Source: Macrostomum hystrix
Taxonomy: Eukaryota; Animalia; Platyhelminthes
Length of the DNA: 64,000 nt
Reading direction: 5' to 3'
NCBI GenBank assembly: GCA_950097015.1
Contig: CATNEN010000024.1
Span: 5,580,001 to 5,644,000 of the forward strand
The position numbers were made by a program, and so were the translations under genes. A model generated the notes under the pieces. That model made no database searches. It saw nothing but the letters and a program-made list of their open reading frames with translations, and was not told the DNA's origin. Below are positions 22,101 to 32,648 of the stretch, piece after piece (the first letter of the stretch is position 1; each line of letters begins with the position of its first letter).

Positions 22101-24364
22101 ATGAGATGGTAAGCGAGGGTGAGACTGAGATGAGATTGAAAGCGAGGTTTGAGACTGAGATAAGATGGTAAGCGAGGTTTGAGACTGAGATGAGATGGAA
22201 AGCGAGGGTGAAACTGAGATGAGATGGAAAGCGAGGGGTGAGACTGAGATGAGATGGCAAGCGAGGTTTGAGACTGAGATGAGATGGAAAGCGAGGTTTG
22301 AGACTGAGATGAGATGGAAAGCGAGGGGTGAGACTGAGATGAGATGGCAAGCGAGGTTTGAGACTGAGATGAGATGGTAAGCGAGGTTTGAGACTGAGAT
22401 GAGATGGAAAGCGAGGGGTGAGACTGAGATGAGATTGAAAGCGAGGGGTGAGACTGAGATGAGATGGAAAGCGAGAGGTGAGATTGAGATGAGATGGTAA
22501 GCGAGGGGTGAGACTGAGATGAGATGGTAAGCGAGGGTGAGACTGAGATGAGATGGAAAGCGAGGGGTGAGACTGAGATGAGATGGTAAGCGAGGGGTGA
22601 GACTAAGATGAGATGGTAAGCGAGGGTGAGACTGAGATGAGATGGAAAGCGAGAGGTGAGATTGAGATGAGATGGAAAGCGAGGGGTGAGACTGAGATGA
22701 GATGGAAAGCGAGGGGTGAGACTGAGATGAGATGGAAAGCGAGGTTTGAGATTGAGATGAGATGGTAAGCGAGGGGTGAGATTGAGATGAGATGGAAAGC
22801 GAGGTTTGAGACTGTGATGAGATGGTAAGCGGGGGTGAGACTGATGAGATGGAAAGCGAGGGTTGAGACTGAGATGAGATGGTAAGCGAGGGGTGAGACT
22901 GAGATGAGATGGTAAGCGAGGGGTGAGACTGAGATGAGATGGTAAGCGAGGGTGAGACTGAGATGAGATGGAAAGCGAGAGGTGAGATTGAGATGAGATG
23001 GAAAGCGAGGGGTGAGACTGAGATGAGATGGACAGCGAGAGGTGAGATTGAGATGAGATGGACAGCGAGAGGTAAGACTGAGATGAGATGGACAGCGAGG
23101 TTTGAGACTGAGATGAGATGGAAAGCGAGGGGTGAGACTGAGATGAGATGGAAAGCGAGGTTTGAGACTGAGATGAGATGGAAAGCGAGGGGTGAGACTG
23201 AGATGAGATGGAAAGCGAGGTTTGAGACTGAGATGAGATGGTAAGCGAGGGGTGAGACTGAGATGAGATGGAAAGCGAGGGGTGAGACTGAGATGAGATG
23301 GAAAGCGAGGGGTGAGACTGTGATGAGATGGTAAGCGAGGGTGAGACTGAGATGAGATGGTAAGCGAGGGGTGAGACTGAGATGAGATGGTAAGCGAGGG
23401 GTGAGACTGAGATGAGATGGTAAGCGAGGGTGAGACTGTGATGAGATGGAAAGCGAGGGGTGAGACTGAGATGAGATGGAAAGCGAGGGGTGAGACTGTG
23501 ATGAGATGGTAAGCGAGGTTTGAGACTGTGACGAGATGGAAAGCGAGGGGTGAGACTGTGATGAGATGGTAAGCGAGGGTGAGACTGAGATGAGATGGAA
23601 AGCGAGGTTTGAGACTGAGATGAGATGGAAAGCGAGGGGTGAGACTGAGATGAGATGGTAAGCGAGGGTGAGACTGATATGAGATGGTAAGCGAGGGGTG
23701 AGATTCACACGAGATGGAAAGTGAGGGTGACATTTGGATGCGGTCGAAACGAGTGGGTGCGAATGAGTTATAAAAAGTGAGTTGCAGATGACAGAGAAAA
23801 GTGCTGAGTTAGATGAGATTGAGGTCAAGTCTTGAACTCAATCGTCATCAATGCTCCCGTGCAGGCAAGACGGCCCTGATGATGGTGTCCTACAAGGGCA
23901 TTCAGGACAGCGTGGAATTCCTCCTGGACCACGGCGCGGCCGTCAAGCAGCGCGACCGCAAGGGCATGTCGGCCATTCACTACGCTGTCGACGGCGAGAA
24001 AGTCGATGCTGTTAAAGCGCTTCTCGCCCATGGCGCCGAGGTAGGGTGCCGTGACGCCTCCGGCTGCAGTCCGGTGGTCCGTTGCGCCATGCTCAAGAAC
24101 AACGGCAACGCCGCCGTGGCCAAAGTCCTACTCGGCGCCGGGGCGAATCCGGACGACGCCGACGACACTCGGCAGTGCGCCCTGTTCTACTGCACTCTGC
24201 ACCGGCACGCCAAGATGGCAGAGCTGCTGCTGGAGGCCGGGGCGGATCCGCGGGCGCAGACGGAGTCGGGACTGACGGCACTGTCGGTGGCAGAGGGCCA
24301 GGACAGTCGGGTAATGCGCACCCTGCTGGAGAAGTACATTGAGAAGAGGAAGCGGGCGCCGTGA
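16186..24364 (+). CDS. FANK1: Fibronectin type III and ankyrin repeat domain protein 1 (exons 16186-16699, 23865-24364; intron 16700-23864)
   Basis: Exon 1 is an FN3 domain (THQSIDLSW...VYRG...GLQ...YYARFR...GWGDFS) plus the first ankyrins (KGFSPLMHAA). Donor G|GTGAG and acceptor GTGCAG|GC join in phase 1 to give ESGKTALMM, followed by further ankyrin repeats ending LLEKYIEKRKRAP*. FN3 plus ANK order matches FANK1. The start could lie further upstream. Confidence 0.85.
16800..16935. repeat. 23-bp minisatellite (TGCTGCTCACAGGTGTACACACA) in the FANK1 intron
   Basis: About 6 tandem copies. Confidence 0.9.
18085..23710. repeat. 5.6-kb purine-rich 29-30-bp satellite (GAGACTGAGATGAGATGG(T/A)AAGCGAGG(GG/TT)T) inside the FANK1 intron
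   Basis: About 190 units. Higher-order periodicities of 504 bp and 2552 bp are visible from recurring variant runs. Confidence 0.97.
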
Positions 24365-25104
24365 AATTTGAGTCCTGGTTTCCAATGCGGAAGATAAGAA
24401 ATATGGTGGATTCATATGTCTTGGGCCCGTCTAGTTGCTAGTGTCTCTGCGAAACAGCGAAACTTTCCATTGTTTTACTATTCATGCACTCTCAAATGCT
24501 AATTGTTAAAAGAAATTCGACAAAATCAGCCCTGTTTACCTATTCCCATTGTTTGGCAATTTTCAATTTCATTCTTTAAAGTTTATTGTATTCTCCCAAT
24601 TATACGAGCGTACTACTATAAGTAGAACTCGAGTGCCATAAAGTACAAGTTTCTAGAAAGTTCAATAGTATACACTCGAGCAGTTCATTCCAAATTGTGT
24701 CACTGAGAACTAGTCGAGTGCTTGAGATCAAGCAAAGATATGAAGGAGAGAATGGAAAAAGGGCATTGAGAATTGTAAATAGCGGAAAAATGACCGCAAG
24801 GCAGCGAATGGACAGCGAGCCCCGACGATATTAGAGTTGACAGTGGACAAACACTGAGAATGAGGTTCTCAGAAACACAGTCCAACTCACTACTTAGCTG
24901 CCCTGCCTCGCTCTGTCACTCATTGGACTCCGTGTGACAGAGCTTCGACCGGTAAACATAAAGTCGCCAAGACATTGCGAAGAAGCTGCCACCATTGACA
25001 ACAACTGTTGGGAGAGCCTGCGAGGTACGCAGATCCATTCCAAGAAATCGCTTGGACAAAACGACAGACAGAGAGACTGATAGACACCGACCAGGAAAGA
25101 AACC

Positions 25105-25845
25105 AAGAGAGAGGCAGAAACACAGGCAGAAACACAGGTAGAAACACAGGTAGAAACACAGGCAGAAACACAGGTAGAAACACAGGCAGAAACACAGGTA
25201 GAAACACAGGCAGAAACACAGGCAGAAACACAGGCAGAAACACAGGCAGAAACACAGGCAGAAACACAGGCAGAAACACAGGTAGAAACACAGGCAGAAA
25301 CACAGGTAGAAACACAGGCAGAAACACAGGCAGAAACACAGGTAGAAACACAGGTAGAAACACAGGCAGAAACACAGGTAGAAACACAGGTAGAAACACA
25401 GGCAGAAACACAGGCAGAAACACAGGCAGAAACACAGGCAGAAACACAGGTAGAAACACAGGCAGAAACACAGGCAGAAACACAGGTAGAAACACAGGTA
25501 GAAACACAGGTAGAAACACAGGCAGAAACACAGGCAGAAACACAGATAGAAACACAGGCAGAAACACAGGCAGAAACACAGGTAGAAACACAGGCAGAAA
25601 CACAGGCAGAAACACAGATAGAAACACAGGCAGAAACACAGGCAGAAACACAGGCAGAAACACAGATAGAAACACAGGCAGAAACACAGGCAGAAACACA
25701 GGCAGAAACACAGGCAGAAACACAGGCAGAAACACAGGCAGAAACACAGGCAGAAACACAGGTAGAAACACAGGTAGAAACACAGGCAGAAACACAGGCA
25801 GAAACACAGGCAGAAACACAGGCAGAAACACAGGCAGAAACACTG
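25105..25845. repeat. 12-bp minisatellite (GAAACACAGGCA / GTA / ATA)
   Basis: 60 units at 25117-25836, ending about 25 bp before the kinase ATG. Confidence 0.96.
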
Positions 25846-25860
25846 CAGAAACGCAAGCTC

Positions 25861-27677
25861 ATGTCAAGAAACTCGCCAAGCCAGCGCAGCCGCAGTCGCA
25901 GCGTCTCCGCGAACTCCTCCGCCATCGGAATCCACCGAAGAAATCGGCGAGTATTTGAGATTCAGCGAGATGTTGCTGCTGCTGCGGGCGACTTCGAAGA
26001 TGACGAAAATTCTAGCACTGTCCAGACAGGAATGGCGCGGTATCGCCTGGCGGCCCAGATCGGCGAAGGAGCGTTCGGCCGGACCTACCTGGCGTGCAAG
26101 CTGGTCAGACTCACTTGATGCCTTTGTAAACACTAGCTTGGGATCTGTGTGTACGAGCTATCCAACCGTTATAAAGTTGTTGCGCGATTAACAATATCTT
26201 GACTGCCTTGAAGTAACACGCGTCACCTATTCATCTGTTCTTGATGCATATACTAATTTCCTCTCTCACCTGTTCTCTTCTCAGTCACCCGAAGGCCCCA
26301 GTGGCAACCGCATCATGCCGCGTCAGGTGGTTGTCAAGGCCATGAAGCTACCAGATAAAGACGATGGCCTCGGTGGCGTCTATGATCTTCGCCGGCGCAG
26401 CCTGGCCTCCATGGACATTGTTCGCAGCATTGCGCACGCCGACACCTGCCGGCACCCCTTCATAGCCAAGCTGCTCGACTGGCGCTTCGCCCTGCACCCG
26501 GACGAGGCACCCCTTGAGGTGTACGAGTACTGCCAGGCCGGTGATGCCCTCGGACTTCTGGAGCACGTTGGCGCCGCTGACGAGCCGCACAAGGAGGCGG
26601 TCAACCTGCAGGCGCATGTGCTGTACCTGGGAGTGCAGGTGTGAACAGATATTATTTTAACTCGATTTAGCTCAATTGTCTTGTTAGCCTTCAAGATGTG
26701 TCGTCGGGGGGGGACTGCGGGCAATGGCATGTCATTGTGCATTGCAGGTTGGCCCTCAAGTGCACTAATTGCACGACAAGCCCCCGAGCCTTCTCTCCGC
26801 GGCTGCACGTCCAATAAATGTGGCCTCGCCGCGGAATCGAGCTTGGGGACTTTGGTGCGACAGGCGAACGGGTTAAACGCTTTGCCGCTCACCTTTAAGA
26901 GCCTTACTATTCGAACTAGTGTTCTCAAGAGAACCTTTTCAGGTTGCTGAAGCCGTCAGCTATCTACACGACAGCGGCTTCATCCACTTCGACCTGAAGC
27001 TGGACAATGTCTTCATCGATTCCCTGGGCGATGCCAAGTTGGGCGACTTCGGACTCGCCCAGCCCTGCCGACTTAGCAATCGGCTGCTGAATCCATATAG
27101 CTACTGGCGCTCCTGCCGAGATGCGCGCTCCTTCACAGCGATCCGTTGGCTGCCGCCAGAGCAACTGGCCGAGCCACCGGCTACCGTCGTCGACCACTCA
27201 GTGGACTGGTTCAGCCTGGGCGCTCTGTTGTTTCACCTGACCTTTCGCCGGCTTCCATTCGAAGAACATCGCTCTCGGGCCCTAGCCGACGACCCGGCGA
27301 CGAAAGAAAATGGCGAACAAGAAGTCGACGACAATAGCGCAAGCGATGATAGCGACGAGGTCCGCAAGAAGCGCCGTTTTCTTCGTCTATGGCGCGCCGA
27401 GCCGCGTCCTCGTGTCGATGATCGCCCGAAGCTCAATCAGCGCTTCAAGAACCTGCTCTACAACCTGGTCGCTCACGATCCAGGGCGTCGGCTCGGCGGC
27501 GGTGGCGACGGTTGTGACGCCGTTTTTCGACACCTGCACCGACTGTGCGGTGCGCTCGAGCTCGGCTGGTTCGACTCGGCCGCGGCAGACGATGTCGATC
27601 GGATGCGCCGACTCGTGCGCAGCAGGGCCCTCAGCCGGCCCTACCGGCTTCGCCTAGTGCAGCTCGGGCCGCCGTGA
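25861..27677 (+). CDS. Atypical Ser/Thr protein kinase, AGC-like C-lobe (exons 25861-26103, 26285-26638, 26943-27677; about 443 aa)
   Basis: GEGAFG Gly-loop, VVVK, HPFIAKL, YEYC, HFDLKLDN, DFG, WLPPE, VDWFSLG, RRLGGGGDG. Both introns are GT-AG, phase 0, and restore one frame. Confidence 0.85.
26700..26895 (-). mobile_element. Possible tRNA-derived SINE-like element in kinase intron 2
   Basis: The minus strand reads GGCAAAGCGTTTAAC...AGCTCGATTCCGCGGCGAGGCCA (A-box/B-box-like), followed by a GC-rich body. Confidence 0.35.
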
Positions 27678-28396
27678 TTCGCTGCACTAAGTCTGTCACG
27701 TGACAGCCTGGAGCGACTGTACATATTGCTAGACACTCTAAAATGATATTGTATCATGTGCTATTGTGGAACATCCAATCCTGTTCTAAACAGTTTGGCT
27801 GATGCTTTTTGGCTAATGCCATTGCCACTTTTATTTATTTGAGAAGCACAATGTGAAAGTAACTTTCAGATGAACTTTCAGATATTTATTTTGCTGCAAT
27901 AAATGACCAGAACATAATGAAGACGTGCTATTACTATTTTACTATTTGGGTACTATTTTGAAAGTAGACTGTGCTTCTGGACGAAAAGACGAAAATCTAT
28001 AATTTGGTGTATTGTCTCACTAGAAAATGCTTTTATGCTGTCAGATTTATCAGATCAAAAATGTGTGCATGTCCTTTGAAAATAGGCATGATTCATAAGC
28101 TAAACCGAAGTTGACTGTGACGTTGCTATGACAAACACTCCACAAAATATAGCTGCTTTTCACTGAGCTGATGAGACATACACTGCATTTGGTACGAGTA
28201 TATGCCATTATCGCGGCCAATAACTGACCAAGGTCACAGTTCGCATATGACGGTACTAGCACGCCCATTTCGGCCTTTCCGTTATCTTATCTGCAATGAG
28301 GCTTTGGTTATAATGCGACTAATCCCAACTGGCCAGCAAACTTGGCCTGCAGTCCAAGAATTCGACGGCGAAGGTACGTGCGCTCTGAAAGAAATC

Positions 28397-29369
28397 ATGC
28401 ATGCTAAACTGCTCCCACTGCTCTGCTGCCTGCTCACTGCTCAGCTGGCACTCTGCTCAGGCCAGCAACTCGAGGCCGCGGCCGACTGTGTGCCGCAGCT
28501 GCCCCCGGGCCCAGCCCCCAACACCTCGGCCCCGACTGTACTGCTGCAGGTGCACCGGTGGGTGTGGATTGAGAACCTCACCCAGCCAGACTGGGGGCCC
28601 AGGACTGAGCACAGCACCTGGGAGTACTACTTTATCAGGCCGGGCTACCTGCTGAACCTTACCGTGCCAATCATAACACTGAAGAGTATTTTTGTGAGTA
28701 AGCCCAGCAAATAAGATTTGGGTAGTTTTTTTGTTGAAATCTAATCCAGAGCACCGAAATTCACTGCAGAGGACTCGCGTCAGCGTCGTGACAGACGGCA
28801 GCACATTGTGCATGGCAGGGTTGACACTCGAACGAAATGTCACGCTGAACGTCACCGACAACAACTGGGTGTGCAACAGCACCTGCTTCGCTAATTTTAC
28901 CAGCGCTGGCTACACGGCGCACCTGCCGACGCTGCTGCTCACAGACAACAACTCACTGAAGCGGTCAACTGAGTATTTCGCCGTTGACGGCATCGATCCT
29001 GAGGAGCGGGCGTCCTACAACTGCATGGGCGAGTTTGTCAACCGAAGACTATCCAGCCTGCCCAGCATACGCAGCACGGCTCGCAACTGCCCTGCCGGAG
29101 ACATGTGCCTGTTCAACTACGACGGCAATGTCATTGACGCCGGCTGCAAGAGCACCTTCACGTTCAATTGGTGCGTCGGCAACTTCAGCCTGTGCGACTA
29201 CAGAAGCGGTCGCGATTGTCCCATCTGTTGCCGTGGCAACTACTGCAACAGGGCCGTAGCTGACGAGATCTACAAACTCTGGTCGGCAGCAAGCGATTGT
29301 CGGGCGACATCTCTGACTATGCTGATGGTTGGTGCGTTGGGCCTTCTCTGGCTGCGCTCTGCGCTCTGA
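28397..29369 (+). CDS. Secreted, probably GPI-anchored glycoprotein with a C-terminal Ly6/uPAR (three-finger)-like domain (exons 28397-28693, 28770-29369; 298 aa)
   Basis: Signal peptide MHAKLLPLLCCLLTAQLALCSG. Intron GTGAGT...CTGCAG in phase 0. Many NxS/T sequons, Cys-rich region ending CPICCRGNYCN (LU signature CCxxxxCN), then small residues and a hydrophobic tail (SAAS...LTMLMVGALGLLWLRSAL). Confidence 0.75.
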
Positions 29370-32300
29370 CCGGCGCATCACGGGCACTCGCTCAAGGCCT
29401 GTGGGACTCTAGCGTCAGCCAGAATCCCAGCATTAGTCACGTGACTGAAAATTAAACCAGCTAGTACAGCTCGAAACCCTGATTTTTGGGTCCACAAAGC
29501 AGCGGTGATTGTGGTTTAGAAAGGTGATTGGGTGCACCAAGCAGTAGGCTGCGTATAAAATGTAATCAACTGTTAAATGCTTATGTATTGTGCTATAACT
29601 GGCAAAGCTATCTCAAAGACTAATGAAGTAGATAGGTACGTCATTTTAGTAGTCCTTGTAGTACGTATCATTTAATTTCCTTTTCCTCTTACGTGATTTT
29701 CAGTTAACTGTTAAGCCTAATTTACAAATAAATATGATTTTGCAAGCTTCTACTCAAAATTAGTGATTTCGAATTTCAGTAAATCTGATAGCATTTCGTG
29801 ACTCGAGAACAATATTTGTTAAATTGAGGCAAGCAGAAATCTGCTTTCTTGCTAAAATAGACAAGTTGTTTACTTGTTGTTTACTTGTAACTCAGCAAAA
29901 TTCACCTGTCTCCTCTGCTCGATCAGCTCAAAGTAATTTGACACTACAACTGTCATTGGATGGGCTGCAATCGGGATAGTTTTTTCTGTCTATGCGATCG
30001 ATAGATTGACACAATACAATCACACACAAAAAGTGAAATACTAGATCATTGGGCTATAGACTTACAGTCTGTATTTCTGTCAGTTTATTGGCTAAATTAG
30101 CAATTAATTTTCTGTTATATTGGTTGTCTTTTGCTGTAGTACCTAAAGCCAGCCTTGGGTCGTAATGATATTCTTGCAGATAACTTTATTGCGATCATAT
30201 TAGCTGTTGACAGTGGGGCAGAAATAAGTTGCTGTTACTCTGATTGACATCTAGATTTCTTTAGGAAGCTACACTAAGAATGAATTGTTGACAATTCTTG
30301 ACATGTAATGATTTGCGTGATTAGATCACGGCTAATAGAATTCTGTGGCACTTTCCAAGAAAATTGCTTATCCGGATTGTGCAGTGGATGCTTGCCTAAC
30401 TGCTGCTCTATAGCCAATTGTTGATACATTTAAGTCAAATTGTTGATAGTAGACGATGTACCGAATAAAGCAATTATGTCATGTACTCGTATGTATGCAA
30501 ACTCAATCGTACTTAAAGTGCACACACATGTACATACGGGTTCTTTCATTCATGCTACGGGTATCGCCCCAGGTATCGTCCCAGGAAGTTAAAGTGTGAT
30601 ATCAGGTATATCACAGGTATATCACATGTTAGTTAAAGTTTTTCAATAAATGCATGGATGGTTTTTGTTATTTAGTTAGAAAACTTAGTGATTTGTGAAT
30701 CATATTTATACATACTATTGCTTGGCGATATATAGTATGTATATATTCGATATACTCGTATATAGGCGATGAGTATCGATAATCCTAGTTTCTTAGGGAA
30801 ATACTTTGACCACAAGCGTATCTACTATTGTTAAATAATTAAGGTCTACAAGGCAATTAGTTTACTTTCGTCGCATCAAATGTATTTTAAAAAACAGCTG
30901 ATGCACTTTTAGCCAGTTGTACAAGTAGCCAGTACTTGTCAAGAGAAAACTAATCTATGTGTTTCGGTTTATGTGGAAAGGTAAGTATAAATTGGACGGT
31001 GACTAGAAGTAAATGAGCCCATTCTTTAACAGGTCAGTTGGTGGGACAGGACGTGAGAGAGAAGGCGTGGGATAGAAACGGAACTGCAGAAGTGAACGCC
31101 GGCTTTCCAGTGCTATTCCGCCAGATCAAACGCTGTTTCTTTGTGTCTATGCAAACATTGCTTCTGGTTCCTTTCCGTTCTGATTTTTTCCGGCCGGGAT
31201 TTCGCATTATTATTTAGAAACCTTCCAACAGCTGCTAGTGACAGTCTTCTGAGCCAACCAGTTGCTATCTGAGCGGGGCTGTGCATTGGAAGTTCTTTTT
31301 GTTGGTGGAACGAAAAGTGATTTCCCTCGGAAAAAGTGCGATCCGCTTCTGCTTCACATTGATTGAATTGCGATTAGACAATGAAATCCTGATCTCTTTT
31401 CTCTTAAATTACCAAATTTTCAGCAACCAGCAGTCCTCTATTCATTAATTCTGTTTTATTTCATTCAGTACTCTTACTCTCATGCAGGGATGCATAATTT
31501 CATAGGACTGTCCATTGAGTTGAATTAAGACGTCGTCAGGTTCATTTTGAAAAAGATCTTTAAACGCCGAAAAAAAATAACAACACTGAAGAAACCACCA
31601 GACAAAATAAAAGAATCTCAACTCACCGATCCACAGTTTCAATGACTGTATTTAAGGTATCCTGTCATTTAATTTATAGTAATTTGATATCATTTCTTGT
31701 TAAGCATCGCTTTTATATTCCCTGTGAGCTTCCAGGAAATCAGAAACGATTGAATAATGAACTGCTCAGTTGTATCTCTTCGTTAGCTCTTTCCGTTCAA
31801 AGTTTCATTTTCCTTTTCATCTTTTGGAAATCGGATGCGCATTATCGCCTTCGATTTCAAGACGGACAGCTGCTAGGTTTTAACCTGACTCTGCTCTGAT
31901 CCATGTACGCATCGTCAATTGACATCAGCTATCGCATCATAGCTTATTTTCTGTTTTAGTCTTCTATTCGGGTGAAGAATACAAAATGACAGGGTAGATG
32001 AGGCACAAAGGGACAATGAGAAAATGAATAAAAGAAGTCGTCTCTGATCTGGCGATGCACAATGACTAGTAGAAGCAGCTCGGCACCCAGAACAAAAATA
32101 GTTTTTTCAGCAGCATGGATACCGCGGGACAAAAGAAGCTGAAAAACTGGTCCTAAGGATTGTGTCCGCAGAGAATAGTGAGCAAACTTGTGAGTTGTGA
32201 CTTGTGAGTGCCTCGCAAAGTGGAGTAGCTCAACGAGAGTGAAAGAAAGGAGGCGAAAAAAATTCTGTCGGAAGTTCAACTCCAGCCTGCCGGGCTCAAG

Positions 32301-32648
32301 TCTGCCGCAGCCTGTCGCATCCGTTTGTGTTCGCTTCGCTTTTCACCACAAGCCCCGTGGCAGTTGCGCTCTGTATAGAATTTCCACTTAGCAACCCCGT
32401 CCCTGTCGCCATTTTCTTCCCGTCCCGCAGATTTCGGCTTTCATCGCTTAGGGGTTTGGCATTCTCAATTGGGCGTCGCTTTACGAAAACATCTCATTGG
32501 TTGGCTCATCTAGCGCTTTCTGATTCCCTAGTCACTTATATGATTCAAAAAGGCATTCTGCCTTCATACCTGTTTCGCTGCCCCTATATCCCACTTCAGG
32601 CCCAGGATCGTTTTCTGTGATCCCACCGCTGCCACCATCGTCAAAAAG

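Noticed and set aside
18061-23828. Very long minus-strand ORFs (1429, 972, 559, 376 aa)
   Set aside because: Antisense read-through of the FANK1 intronic satellite; frames shift arbitrarily with the 29/30-bp units.
28202-28396. Upstream ATG extension of the Ly6-like ORF
   Set aside because: The signal peptide begins at the Met at 28397; the upstream residues look like UTR.
31000-32620. Short ORFs upstream of the GPCR
   Set aside because: No coherent protein motif; treated as intergenic/promoter DNA.
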